Numbered from the stretch's first letter, positions 53,826 to 64,000 are shown. The stretch: 64,000 bases of DNA from Candidatus Saccharimonadota bacterium (GCA_003246575.1 QJZZ01000001.1:31978-95977); one strand, 5' to 3'. The notes: generated from the sequence alone by a model not told the origin. Made by a program: numbers and translations.

Positions 53826-55654
53826 TGGCCAAAAAACCAGACCCTGTAGATATCGCTGCCGCTCAACGTGCTCGAGAGCAAGCAGAGGTTGAACAGGCAT
53901 TCCTGCGCGGCATGAATACGCTGCGCGACACCATTGCTCCAAGCAGCCTCGAAATCAATGCTTCATATTTCCGCCTCGGCACCAAGTATGGACGCACGCT
54001 ATACATCTATGGCTACCCGCGTGAGATCTACACTGGTTGGCTTTCTGGCCTTATCAATACCGACGAAGTACTCGATATTAGCATGTTCGTTTATCCAGTT
54101 GAGAGTGAAGTTGTTCTCAAGAACCTCCAGAAGAAAGTGACTCAGCTCAATGCAAGCATGGCGATCAACGCCGAGAAGGGACGCACTCGCGATCCGGGCC
54201 TCGAAGCAGCGCTGAATGACGCAGAGGAGCTTCGCGATCAACTACAGGTTGGAGCAGAGCGCTTCTTCCGTTTCGGCATATACGTCACACTGTATGCCGA
54301 TAGTCTAGAAGAGATGGCATTTATCCAGAACAAGATCGAGACGATGTTTGGTCAACAGCTTGTCAAAACAAAAGTCGCCTCCAACCAGCAAGAGCAAGGG
54401 CTCAATAGTACTATCGCTCAAATGACCGACAAGCTCGAAATTCGCCGCAACATGAACACGGGCGCTATCAGTACGAGTTTCCCATTCACCAGCGCCGATC
54501 TTTCAGACGGCAAAGGAATTCTATACGGTATCAATATGCACAATAACGGCCTCGTTATCTTCGACCGCTACAGTCTCGAGAACGCCAACGCGGTTGTCTT
54601 CGCAAAGTCCGGTGCGGGTAAGTCTTTTACCGTCAAACTTGAAGCTTTGCGAAGCATGATGACCGGCGCCGACATCCTTATCATCGACCCAGAGAACGAG
54701 TATCAAAAGCTCTCCGACGCCGTCGGCGGTAGCTACATCCGCCTCAGCCTCAATAGCGATACGCGCATCAATCCATTTGACCTGCCGCGCGTTATCGATA
54801 GCGATGAAGCCGATGATGCATTACGCGCCAACCTCGTCACGCTCCATGGACTCTTCCGCCTGATGCTCGGCGGTAGTCAAATCGCTTCGAATGGACAAAT
54901 GATGGCAGCTATCACACCCGCAGAAGAAGCCGACCTCGACCAGGCGCTTATCGACACCTATGCACGTGTCGGCATTACCAGCGACCCGTTGACACACAAC
55001 TCAGAGCCACCAACTATAGCAGACCTCTACGATACACTCCTACATATGGGCGGCACGGGGCCACAGCTCGCACAACGTTTGCGCAAATTCACAACAGGCA
55101 CCTTTGCCGGCATTTTCTCGCAACAATCAAATATCGATATCAATAACCATATGGTTGTGTTTAATATCCGCGACCTCGAGGACGAACTTCGCCCGATCGC
55201 AATGTATATCGTCCTGAGTCATATCTGGAATATCACTCGCACCATACAACAAAAACGTATGCTTATAGTTGACGAGGCGTGGCAACTCATGAAGTACGAC
55301 GACTCAGCGAACTTCCTCTTCAGCCTTGCCAAGCGTGCTCGCAAATACCACCTCGGGCTCACAACCATCACCCAAGATGTCGAAGACTTCATGGGCAGCA
55401 AGATGGGGCGCGCTATTGTTGCCAACAGTTCTATGCAACTACTCCTGAAACAGTCATCGAGTGCTGTCGATGTACTCGCGGATGTTTTCAAATTAACCGA
55501 AGAGGAGAAAAAGCGCCTCTCAAACTTCCCGGTAGGGCAAGGACTCTTCTTCGCCGGTCAGAACCATGTCCATATGCAAATCATTGCCAGTCAAACCGAA
55601 GAGAAGCTTATCACTACAAATCCGAATGCCGCGCCCCCTGGAGCAAGTGCGTAA
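53825..55654 (+). CDS. VirB4-like T4SS ATPase
   Basis: Walker A AKSGAGKS, IIDPENEY, INPFD, Walker B LIVDEAW, RARKY and TQD motifs. Confidence 0.92.
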   Translation: MAKKPDPVDIAAAQRAREQAEVEQAFLRGMNTLRDTIAPSSLEINASYFRLGTKYGRTLYIYGYPREIYTGWLSGLINTDEVLDISMFVYPVESEVVLKNLQKKVTQLNASMAINAEKGRTRDPGLEAALNDAEELRDQLQVGAERFFRFGIYVTLYADSLEEMAFIQNKIETMFGQQLVKTKVASNQQEQGLNSTIAQMTDKLEIRRNMNTGAISTSFPFTSADLSDGKGILYGINMHNNGLVIFDRYSLENANAVVFAKSGAGKSFTVKLEALRSMMTGADILIIDPENEYQKLSDAVGGSYIRLSLNSDTRINPFDLPRVIDSDEADDALRANLVTLHGLFRLMLGGSQIASNGQMMAAITPAEEADLDQALIDTYARVGITSDPLTHNSEPPTIADLYDTLLHMGGTGPQLAQRLRKFTTGTFAGIFSQQSNIDINNHMVVFNIRDLEDELRPIAMYIVLSHIWNITRTIQQKRMLIVDEAWQLMKYDDSANFLFSLAKRARKYHLGLTTITQDVEDFMGSKMGRAIVANSSMQLLLKQSSSAVDVLADVFKLTEEEKKRLSNFPVGQGLFFAGQNHVHMQIIASQTEEKLITTNPNAAPPGASA

Positions 55655-55677
55655 CAAAGGGTATAATATAGTACTAT

Positions 55678-58023
55678 ATGGCGCTCTCATACAAGGACGA
55701 CACTGAAGCCGATGAGCGGCTCAGCCCAGCCAATCGCCTCAAGGCTGCCGAGGAAGGTTCGCACGACCGCATCGACGGATACGACCGATCAAGTGACGGT
55801 CTAGATGCTCGTGAGTCTGAATTCAATGCATCCGATACTGCCTCGGCTGCAGAAAATCGATCAGAAAACCCAAACTGGAAGCTCGATGTTGGTAACAAAA
55901 AAATAAAGGTTAAGGGTGGAAGGTTAAAGAAATTTGGCCCTGCCGGCATCATCGGCGGATCTCTTATCGGCGTACTGGGAACGATGATGTCTTTCGCGCC
56001 AACAACCTTGCTAGTGAATCTCAAGGAAAACTTCGTCAATAATTTTGACCAGCAATCTATCATATCTTCAAATCGATCGAATAAAATCATAGCTAAGCGA
56101 TTATCCGGTGAAGCGACTACTGGAGTGTGTACAAGCAAGGTAAGCCTTCTTTGCCGCTATACTCGTCCGTCAAATTATCAAATCAGTCAATTTGACAGAG
56201 CTGGCATAAAAGCCCTTGACGCAAACGGCAATGTAATAGAGAAACGACTATGGCCAAACGCTAGGCCGGCAGCATACGACATACCCGGCGTTGGCAAGGT
56301 ATCGGCCACAGATCTGAATGACGTACTCAGAAACAATCCCCAGGTTCGCAATGCTTTCAAAAGGGCATACAACCCCCGATACGTAAACTGGGTAGACGAT
56401 GTTGCCAGAAAATTATTCAGTAGTTTAGGTGTCGCGAAGGCTATTGACGGAGCACTGTCAGCGGCAGCGAACAAAAAAGCCGCTCAAGCCGCCGTAGACG
56501 GCACTCTTGCCGTAGCAGACAAAGCAGCAGGAAACAGGGCCCTGCGCACTAGCCTATCGGAGCTCATAGAGCGTTTCGCAAAAAAGATGGCAACAAGGTC
56601 GGTAAAAATCGGAAAGCAAGATGCCGTGCTTTTATCCGTTGCCGTTGGGTGTATAGCAACAAAAGTCCCAGGGCTTGTATCGACGGCGATCAAGGCATAC
56701 AGGCTACGAGCCCTTGCAAATGTAGCGTTCAAATTCCTGACAGTAGCGGATGCAATCAAGGCAGGCGAAGCAACTCCCGAAGAAGTTGAGAATGCAGGCA
56801 TCCTCTTAACAGATGTAGTGAATGGAAAGTCGGCTATGGACGGAGCAATTATGTACGGGATTATGGGAGCAAGTAATGTTGGCGCCGCCATGACTCCTGT
56901 AGCGCAAAAATATATCCCCGGCAAAAGCGCTGCATTATGGGATACTGTTAGTCAATATACCGACAACAAAGTCACGAACTCGATTTGTAACATAGCGATG
57001 AACCCGTATGCATCAGCTGCAATCACCGCCTTCAAGTTGGCGAAATACGCCGCCGTTGGGGCAGGTACACTCGGTATCGGTGATGTAGTTCTCTTAGTGG
57101 GAGATATTGCCTCCACTGCCGTGTTCTCGTTACCGGGAGTGGAGTCCGCGATTGCGGATACGGCGACATCTGTGGCGTCCGTGGCATTGAGTGTAATACC
57201 AGACGGAACTCTTGACTCTATATTCAACCTTGCGCTCGGCGATATGACGGAAGGGGTCGCAGGGGAAGACCTATCAGCGGTTATTACAAATGGAGCCGAC
57301 AGCTCAATGTCTCAAGCAGCCGGAATGGGTGGCAGTGTCGCGCTCACTCCGAGCCAAAAAATTGCCTATGACAATGAAATAACTCGACCAACTCAACTCG
57401 CATGGGCAGCCGAGGATCGCGCTAGCCATAGTCCATTCGACGCCTCCAACCCAAACACCTTCCTTGGTTCAATAGTGACTAGACTAATGCCATACTACGG
57501 GAGCCTTAGTAGTATTAGCGGCGTCATGAGCACATTTTTCTCAATATCATCATCCTCGCTTGCAAATTTCCTACAACCGACTAGCTACGCGGCCGACACA
57601 GAAGAGACATGGCAACAATGCACTCAAGACATTTCAGTCGCAACATCGCCAGCAGCGACAGACCCTCTATGTGCTGTGCAATATGGTATACCAGCAGAAT
57701 TTACAAATATAGACCCAGAGACTGTCGTTCAAGATCTCTATGACAGTAATAATATTGATGAAGACGGAGATGTGATATCTGGCAGTGACCTAGAAACTTG
57801 GATGTCCGAGTGTAATACAGGCACATCGGAATCAGCGAGTAATTGTGTTATCCCTAACGCCGACGACAGTAGCTATATAGATAGACTTCGCATAGCTGAA
57901 TTTGCACTCTACCAGATTGATAAGCGCGTTATCGATGGAATGGATAATGTCGACGGAACGACAGATTCTAGCTCCACAAGCGCATTTTATTCATCCATAA
58001 CTGACGCATTGGCGGTCTACTAA
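55678..58023 (+). CDS. Large hypothetical membrane-anchored protein of the T4SS cluster
   Basis: 781-aa ORF with TM segments and a Cys-containing acidic C-terminus; coupled to the next gene (TAATG). Confidence 0.8.
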   Translation: MALSYKDDTEADERLSPANRLKAAEEGSHDRIDGYDRSSDGLDARESEFNASDTASAAENRSENPNWKLDVGNKKIKVKGGRLKKFGPAGIIGGSLIGVLGTMMSFAPTTLLVNLKENFVNNFDQQSIISSNRSNKIIAKRLSGEATTGVCTSKVSLLCRYTRPSNYQISQFDRAGIKALDANGNVIEKRLWPNARPAAYDIPGVGKVSATDLNDVLRNNPQVRNAFKRAYNPRYVNWVDDVARKLFSSLGVAKAIDGALSAAANKKAAQAAVDGTLAVADKAAGNRALRTSLSELIERFAKKMATRSVKIGKQDAVLLSVAVGCIATKVPGLVSTAIKAYRLRALANVAFKFLTVADAIKAGEATPEEVENAGILLTDVVNGKSAMDGAIMYGIMGASNVGAAMTPVAQKYIPGKSAALWDTVSQYTDNKVTNSICNIAMNPYASAAITAFKLAKYAAVGAGTLGIGDVVLLVGDIASTAVFSLPGVESAIADTATSVASVALSVIPDGTLDSIFNLALGDMTEGVAGEDLSAVITNGADSSMSQAAGMGGSVALTPSQKIAYDNEITRPTQLAWAAEDRASHSPFDASNPNTFLGSIVTRLMPYYGSLSSISGVMSTFFSISSSSLANFLQPTSYAADTEETWQQCTQDISVATSPAATDPLCAVQYGIPAEFTNIDPETVVQDLYDSNNIDEDGDVISGSDLETWMSECNTGTSESASNCVIPNADDSSYIDRLRIAEFALYQIDKRVIDGMDNVDGTTDSSSTSAFYSSITDALAVY

Positions 58024-59351
58024 TGATAAAGAATATCAAAAAGCATATGCGCAGAAGCAAGATCATCCTGTTATCGGCATTAATACTGACAGGTATCATA
58101 CCATCGGCTATCACTCCAGCAAATGTATATGCTGTCGACTGTACCGACAATTCCAACTTCAATAGTCAAAATGAGGTCCTCTTTTTTAGCTGCGAAACTG
58201 CCGCTATACCTTGCAGTACTGGCTCGTCATCGCTCGCCAGCGCCGCGCCAACCAGTCTCACTGGTGCCTCAAACGCAGAAAAAGTATGGAACTACTTCAC
58301 GGCGCGTGGGCTATCACCAGTTGCCGCGGCGGGTGCAATGGGCAATATCGAACAAGAGTCGAGTTTCGATCCATGGGCAGGCGAGGCAGGAAACAATAGT
58401 ATCGACAAGGGGCTTACAGGTGTTGGCTTCGGCTTGATCCAATGGACAAACACAGGAGGTAACTCACAGGGCCGTCGCTATGGTGTCATGAATTACCTTG
58501 AAACAAATGGTGTTAGCCTTGATTCGACAAACGCATCGCAAAATGACCAAGCACTTCTATATGAATTAAATTGGTTATGGGATGGTGAATATAGTAGCGC
58601 CACATGGCAAGAGAAAGTGAATTCCGAGACGTCAGTATCTGGAGACACATCGATCGGTAATGGCGTAGAAGAGAACACAGGCAACGGCTCGGCGCTCCTG
58701 TTTCACGCCCTTGTAGAGCGATCAGCAGATGATGCAGCCCAAAAACAAGAGCGTATCGATAGCGCGCAATCATTCCTCGATACGTTCGGCGGAGGCGCAA
58801 TGGATTGCTCGATGGGCGAGGGCGGCCTAACATACGACCAGGCTGTTCAGTTTATGCAAAGGTATGGCGAGAACGTAAATGGCTATAGCGCGAGAATATC
58901 AGGTAATTATTGGGGATATTGTAACGGTGGCGGATCAAACTGTGTCACGTTTAGCCGCTTCTTCAATGCCGCATTCACTGATATGAAGCTAGGGTCAACA
59001 ATGGGAGATGGTAAGGAGGTCGTTAATAATTTGCGAGCACGAGGCAATCAAACCGGATCTGAGCCGCGGGTATTCTCTACTTTCAGTGGCTGGAACGCTG
59101 GCTATGGACACACGGGTATAATTCTCGGGATCCATGACGGTAAGGTCATCGTCGGTCACGCATCGTGCCAAAATAAGGGCATAGGTAAGGGAAACGGCAC
59201 GGGACAAAACTCTGGATCTGGATGGGCACTTGAAGGTGACCTCGGCACAAGGTCACCATACCTAGGATACAATCCGACTGGATTTGCTTACCCAACATCA
59301 GTAAATACTGCGGCAATCATGGAATTTATAAATAAAGGATACGTTGAATGA
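58023..59351 (+). CDS. Secreted peptidoglycan hydrolase: phage-tail-type lysozyme plus CHAP domain
   Basis: AAAGAMGNIEQES...GFGLIQWT, then NCVTF and GHTGII (Cys/His dyad). Confidence 0.85.
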   Translation: MIKNIKKHMRRSKIILLSALILTGIIPSAITPANVYAVDCTDNSNFNSQNEVLFFSCETAAIPCSTGSSSLASAAPTSLTGASNAEKVWNYFTARGLSPVAAAGAMGNIEQESSFDPWAGEAGNNSIDKGLTGVGFGLIQWTNTGGNSQGRRYGVMNYLETNGVSLDSTNASQNDQALLYELNWLWDGEYSSATWQEKVNSETSVSGDTSIGNGVEENTGNGSALLFHALVERSADDAAQKQERIDSAQSFLDTFGGGAMDCSMGEGGLTYDQAVQFMQRYGENVNGYSARISGNYWGYCNGGGSNCVTFSRFFNAAFTDMKLGSTMGDGKEVVNNLRARGNQTGSEPRVFSTFSGWNAGYGHTGIILGIHDGKVIVGHASCQNKGIGKGNGTGQNSGSGWALEGDLGTRSPYLGYNPTGFAYPTSVNTAAIMEFINKGYVE

Positions 59352-60115
59352 TAATGTCTTTTCGCGATATGTCCGAGAAAAAGAAAGTAATACTCATAGT
59401 CGGGTCTTCTCTGTTATTATTTATTGGAATTATCGTGCTAGGTGTTGTACTCCAGTTATCACACAACCCTTATGGCGAGCGTTTGGTTATCCAGAATTTA
59501 GGTACATACACGTCAGGAAAACCCTCGGATAAGGATCGTATTAACTTCATAGAACATTCACTGTTCCAAACCGTGAATTTAAATTCCAGTTCACCCGTCG
59601 GTGATCGCTCGATTAAAGATATATATATTAGAGACAATTCATTTTCACAAACCAACACCAACGGCGTACACACAGTATCCTTCCTGGTTGATAGTGCCAG
59701 TATAGAGCAGTCATATCGTATATCTTATGAATGGCTCAGCGACGAGTCGGGGGTGCTTGACGAATGGGGAACTGGTGTATTCTGCGTAGATGCCAGCGAT
59801 GTAATCTACGATACATTCTCTTGCTCGGATCTCATTACCGGCATAAGTCACCCTTCGGATTCAACACTTGGATCAATACTTCCTCACGAAACAAACTACT
59901 ACCTGATTGACTACTATATAGACGACAATGGCAAGGCAATTATATCAATAAAAATAATGAGCAATAATAATAGCTCGAGCACGAGTAGGTTCTTCTCGCA
60001 ATATGAAACAACGGCTATCGAATGGCTAAAGCAGAGTGGTGTTGCTATCGGAGACTATGAAATAGTTGTACGAAATCTTTCTGGCGAAATAGTTAAAACG
60101 TACGAAGCTAAATAA
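59348..60115 (+). CDS. Hypothetical single-pass membrane protein
   Basis: N-terminal TM; overlaps the upstream stop. Confidence 0.75.
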   Translation: MIMSFRDMSEKKKVILIVGSSLLLFIGIIVLGVVLQLSHNPYGERLVIQNLGTYTSGKPSDKDRINFIEHSLFQTVNLNSSSPVGDRSIKDIYIRDNSFSQTNTNGVHTVSFLVDSASIEQSYRISYEWLSDESGVLDEWGTGVFCVDASDVIYDTFSCSDLITGISHPSDSTLGSILPHETNYYLIDYYIDDNGKAIISIKIMSNNNSSSTSRFFSQYETTAIEWLKQSGVAIGDYEIVVRNLSGEIVKTYEAK

Positions 60116-60117
60116 CA

Positions 60118-61218
60118 TTAACTCTTAAGTGGCATAATAATGTGCGTATATTCTGGGTTTTCTGCGGTCGGGCGTACAACAATTGGCGCAAGTTTGCCCG
60201 TGTAGCTAATCGTCAAGCTCTTCGCATCAATCACCGATAATACTTCGAGAAGGTAGCGGGAGTTCAGTGAAACACTTCCGTCGCTGGCAATCACGGCATC
60301 AATCTTTGAGCTATTCTCACCGACATCCGACGCAACTGAATCGAGGGATAGTTTTTGAGTTTCATTCTCAGTAGAGAGTGTGATACTTCCGCTGCTTTCG
60401 CGAGCAAAGAGGGCAGCGATCTTTGTCGTGCGCACAAGTTCACTTGTCTCAACTGTTGCGACTGGCGTTGTGTCGGAAGGGAGGAGTTGGCGGTAGTTTG
60501 GATATTTGCCATCTATGAGGCGGCTCGTAATTTCCATATCGCCGACGCGGAAACGTACTTGTGATTCGTCGAATAGAACATCTACTTCATCGATTGTATC
60601 GGTACTCGCACGAAGCACTTCATGAAGTGTCGATGTCGGTACGATAGCCTCTAGTTCGCTCGTCGTCTCGACGAGGCGGCGTTCGGCAAGGCGATAGCCA
60701 TCCGTACCTACAAGATAGAGCCAGCCGTCGTGTGAGTGCCAATACACGCCCGTGAGGACGGGGCGAGTCACATCGTTACTACAGGCAAAGATCGTTTGAT
60801 TAATCGCTTGTTTGAAATCGGCCATACTCAATGTGTAGTGGATGGATGTCTCTTCATTGATAACAGGTAGTTCAGGAAATTCTTCCGCATCGATACCATT
60901 AAGCGTTGAAGTATATCCGCCACTCTTAATCGTCAGCGCTGATCCTTTCGTGGAAAGTTCTACAGTGCCGCTCGGAAGGTTGCCAACGAACTCGCTAATA
61001 ATCTTTGCCGGAACTGTCACTGCACCTGGTTTGACAATCTTTGCACCGACTGATGTTGTTGCTGCAAGCTCTAAGTTTGTTGCTGCAATTATTACTTTGC
61101 TGTCCTCTACACGAAAAAGGACATTATTTAGTACTGGTAAATTTGCCTTGTTTGTTGCAATACGACTTGCTGCTGCGAGTGCACGTGTGAGCTTTTCCTG
61201 AGTAAGAGATACTTCCAT
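60118..61218 (-). CDS. dnaN: DNA polymerase III beta clamp
   Basis: ATNLE, RPVLTGV, TDGYRLA, LIDGKYPNY and IIMPL motifs. Confidence 0.97.
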   Translation of the reverse strand: MEVSLTQEKLTRALAAASRIATNKANLPVLNNVLFRVEDSKVIIAATNLELAATTSVGAKIVKPGAVTVPAKIISEFVGNLPSGTVELSTKGSALTIKSGGYTSTLNGIDAEEFPELPVINEETSIHYTLSMADFKQAINQTIFACSNDVTRPVLTGVYWHSHDGWLYLVGTDGYRLAERRLVETTSELEAIVPTSTLHEVLRASTDTIDEVDVLFDESQVRFRVGDMEITSRLIDGKYPNYRQLLPSDTTPVATVETSELVRTTKIAALFARESSGSITLSTENETQKLSLDSVASDVGENSSKIDAVIASDGSVSLNSRYLLEVLSVIDAKSLTISYTGKLAPIVVRPTAENPEYTHIIMPLKS

Positions 61219-61475
61219 ATAATTATCCTTTTTTTGAATTAGTGGCTCTATTTATAGGTGCTGTGGAAACTGAGTATAAGTGACTCATTAACAGTGGTAA
61301 ATTGAATGAAAATTGGTGTGCAGAAAACTGTGGGGTGAGTGTGTTGAAAACGCGGATAACGTGCGAGTTTTGCGCAATAAAGCTACTCACTGTACTGGCT
61401 GTGTTTTTATGTGTGGATACTAATCCCACGCCAACACACAGCCGAGTAAACAAGTTATACACAGCGGATTCACAC
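61219..61475. other. oriC sub-region (dnaA-dnaN intergenic DnaA-box cluster)
   Basis: TTATACACA 61455-61463, TGTGGATAC 61412-61420, TGTGGAAAC 61262-61270, CGCGGATAA 61351-61359, AT-rich end next to dnaN. Confidence 0.8.
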
Positions 61476-62873
61476 CTAGGCATATAACATCTCCCGGATT
61501 GAGGCAACTTGTTCGCGGGTAATAAAATCAAGCTTAATAGATTTCTCAATTTTTTCGACAGAATGAATCGCGGTCGTGTGATCTTTGCGACCCAACTCAG
61601 CAGCGATACGAGGGAAGCTCATATGAAGTTCACTACGAAGGAGGTACATAGCAATTTGGCGTGGTACAACGATATGTTTGTCGCGCTTCGGGCTGCAGAC
61701 ATCTTTTACGTCAAGTTGAAAGTGCTTGGCAGTCTTATCGATAATTTGACGGGCGGTGATATGTCCAGGGCGCTGTCGTCGCACATCGCCAAGAAGACCT
61801 TCCGCGGTAGAGACGTCTGGGTTAATGCCGCGCATTTCACAATAGGCGAGGAGTTGATTTAGCGCTCCTTCGAGTTCGCGGATGTTTGTCTTGATATTTT
61901 CTGCGAGAAACTCGGTTGTTTTTCGATCGAGCTCAACACTCGAGAGTGACGCTTTAGCCTCAAGGATTGCACAGCGTGTCTCAAAATCCGGCAACTGAAT
62001 ATCGATCGCCATACCCCATTCGAGACGGCTGCGAAGGCGCTCGGTGAGAGTAGGGATGCTGCGTGGTGGCTTGTCACTACCGATGATGATCTGTTTGTTC
62101 GCCTGGTGGAGCGTATTGAAGGTGTGAAAGAACTCCTCTTGAGTTTTTTCTTTGCCAGCGATGAACTGCATGTCATCGACGATCAACACATCAACATTGC
62201 GATATTTATCTGCAAAACCAGTTTTCTTGAAGCGGATGTGCTCGAGAAATTCTTTGACGAATGTCTCTGAGCTGATATACATAACTTTACTCGACGGATT
62301 CTGTGATTTTATTTTATTTCCCACCGCTTGGAGGAGGTGAGTTTTACCTAAACCTACGCCTCCGTAAATGAAGAGGGGGTTGTATTTTGTTCCTGGCGTT
62401 TCCGCGACAGCCTGGCAGGCGGTGTACGCGAGATCGTTACTTGAACCGACAATGAATGAGTCGAAGGTGTATTTTGGATTGAGTGTCGACATAGGTGTAG
62501 ATGACGACTGTGGCGCGGTGACACTGGCCGCCATAACTCTGGCTGTTGATTGTCGTTCGTTTACGAGGTCGGTTGGTTCGGCGTGGACTTCACGACTTAC
62601 TGATCGCTTAGAGGTGCCGCTCGGTTCGACGATATAGGTGATAGACGAGACGGTTTTGCCGTGTTTTTTGAAAATGTCGCGAATCATCGAGTCAAACTTC
62701 ACTTCGAACTGACGCTTCGCGAAGATGTTCGGCACGAGCACAGTGGCCATCTCGCCGGAAAGCTGGGTGAGCTTCGTAGGTTTGAACCATGTAGTGAAGT
62801 TAGCATGAGAAACCGAGAGCTCGACTTCATCTAGCACAAGTTTCCAAATAGATGTGTCCGACGGACTATCCAC
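61476..62873 (-). CDS. dnaA: Chromosomal replication initiator
   Basis: YNPLFIYGGVGLGKTHL, NIRELEGAL and RKDHTT; start reset to GTG 62873 (AAGGGGG RBS). Confidence 0.97.
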   Translation of the reverse strand: MDSPSDTSIWKLVLDEVELSVSHANFTTWFKPTKLTQLSGEMATVLVPNIFAKRQFEVKFDSMIRDIFKKHGKTVSSITYIVEPSGTSKRSVSREVHAEPTDLVNERQSTARVMAASVTAPQSSSTPMSTLNPKYTFDSFIVGSSNDLAYTACQAVAETPGTKYNPLFIYGGVGLGKTHLLQAVGNKIKSQNPSSKVMYISSETFVKEFLEHIRFKKTGFADKYRNVDVLIVDDMQFIAGKEKTQEEFFHTFNTLHQANKQIIIGSDKPPRSIPTLTERLRSRLEWGMAIDIQLPDFETRCAILEAKASLSSVELDRKTTEFLAENIKTNIRELEGALNQLLAYCEMRGINPDVSTAEGLLGDVRRQRPGHITARQIIDKTAKHFQLDVKDVCSPKRDKHIVVPRQIAMYLLRSELHMSFPRIAAELGRKDHTTAIHSVEKIEKSIKLDFITREQVASIREMLYA

Positions 62874-62919
62874 AGCTAACCCCCTTAGTAATGTATTGAA
62901 TTCAGTATAGATAATCTCA

Positions 62920-63040
62920 GAGTTTTCCACAACTAGGAAACGATTGTGGAATTGACAATCTGTAAATAGGGAGATTTCCACAGGTAAATATCTCATCTGT
63001 TAATATGTGGATAACTCGTGTGTAATTGTGGATTAAACGA
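62920..63040. other. DnaA-box cluster upstream of dnaA
   Basis: TGTGGATAA 63006-63014 (perfect), TTTTCCACA 62923, TGTGGAATT 62945, ATTTCCACA 62974, TGTGGATTA 63027. Confidence 0.82.
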
Positions 63041-63120
63041 TAATTGCAACCTAATTATTAAAGAGATGCAAGCTGAGTATCTTGCGAAATCAAACAAAAT
63101 GGCGTATAATTTCTACCAAT

Positions 63121-63258
63121 ATGCCAAAACGAACTCACCAACCACATACTCGTCACCGCGCTCGTACACACGGGTTTCGTGCACGTGTCTCAACCAAGGC
63201 TGGTCGCGCTGTATTGAAGCGTCGCCGCGCTAAGGGACGAGCAAAGATCTCAATCTAA
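63121..63258 (+). CDS. rpmH: 50S ribosomal protein L34
   Basis: Manual translation [45 protein letters not shown]. Confidence 0.97.
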   Translation: MPKRTHQPHTRHRARTHGFRARVSTKAGRAVLKRRRAKGRAKISI

Positions 63259-63324
63259 TTACACACGATTGACTCAAAGGGTGCCGCCAGTTCAACTGGC
63301 GGCATTTTTGTGTCATACTACTAG

Positions 63325-63741
63325 ATGATGATTAATATGAAGCACCGCTTTCATGGCCACGGCAGTCTCCGGTATGTGTATAAAAACGGAGATATTGCTC
63401 GTTCGCGAAACTTTATCGTCAAGACAACCGTCAATCCTCGACGCGATCATTCGCGCTTCGCGGTAGTGATTAGCAAAAAAACGCTCAAATCAGCCGTGGG
63501 ACGCAATCGAGTTCGCCGTCGAGTCTATGAAGTGCTCCGCCATGAAATAGATAGAGTGGAGGTGCCGCGAGACATTGTCGTTATTGTGGTTTCTGCTGAA
63601 GTTCGGGATATGCCATATGATCAACTTGCGCAGTCGCTCATAGAGACATGTATCAGGGCTGGCATCTATAAAACAGATGAGAAATCTGGTATACTATCTC
63701 TAGTTACAACAACTGACAAAGTGGAGAGTAGTACAGAGTGA
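63325..63741 (+). CDS. rnpA: Ribonuclease P protein component
   Basis: RFAVVISKK...AVGRNRVRR motif; exact start uncertain. Confidence 0.93.
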   Translation: MMINMKHRFHGHGSLRYVYKNGDIARSRNFIVKTTVNPRRDHSRFAVVISKKTLKSAVGRNRVRRRVYEVLRHEIDRVEVPRDIVVIVVSAEVRDMPYDQLAQSLIETCIRAGIYKTDEKSGILSLVTTTDKVESSTE

Positions 63742-64000
63742 ATATTTTTGAACTCCTGATTGTTCAGCCGATTTTTAATCTTCTGACATTGATATATGCG
63801 TTAATTCCTAGTGGCGACTTCGGTGTCGCGATTATTTTGTTTACCATTTTGGTTCGTTTTGCGATGTACCCACTCGTCAGGCGCCAACTTCACCAGACAC
63901 GCATGATGCGCAAACTACAGCCGGAACTACAGAAGATCAAAAAGGCAGCCAACGGCAACCGCCAACTCGAAGCCGCTCAGATGATGGAACTCTACAAGCG
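63738..64000 (+). CDS. yidC: Membrane protein insertase (5' part)
   Basis: GTG 63738: ..GDFGVAIILFTILVRFAMYPL.....MRKLQPELQKIKK......MELYK. Confidence 0.93.
   Translation, partial: MNIFELLIVQPIFNLLTLIYALIPSGDFGVAIILFTILVRFAMYPLVRRQLHQTRMMRKLQPELQKIKKAANGNRQLEAAQMMELYK

Noticed and set aside
58023..59351. Prophage suggested by the phage-tail lysozyme domain
   Set aside because: No capsid, terminase, portal or integrase genes; the protein has a signal peptide and sits in the T4SS cluster.

Overview
Core chromosomal segment next to the replication origin of a small-genome bacterium, most likely Candidatus Saccharibacteria (TM7, CPR). The assignment is inferred from CPR-type pilins, the VirB4/PrgI/VirB6-like cluster beside dnaN-dnaA, and standard genetic code 11. 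Contents in order: pyrG (partial); an NrdR-box-controlled ribonucleotide reductase locus (nrdA, small ORF, class Ic-type nrdB, flavin-binding protein, CxxC peptide, CYTH protein, mntH); glycosyltransferases; valS; peptidoglycan genes (two Fem ligases, a degenerate Mur ligase, murE); tsaD; CIRCE-groES-(small ORF)-groEL; PGI/PMI; a MacB-like ABC pair; five tRNAs (all four Ser isoacceptors and Arg-GCG); comF; hsp20; a pilin/T4SS-like cluster with a lysozyme-CHAP hydrolase; and dnaN-dnaA-rpmH-rnpA-yidC with DnaA-box clusters. Best novelty candidate: NrdA lacks the C-terminal redox cysteine pair, while a separate 60-aa gene in the same locus, with its own NrdR-like box, ends in CDGCE. This suggests a split, trans-acting re-reduction tail. 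Three tRNA genes also carry 'echo' elements, each a direct partial copy plus an inverted adjacent fragment plus a GCGAAGC hairpin. All calls come from reading motifs by eye; no database searches were run.
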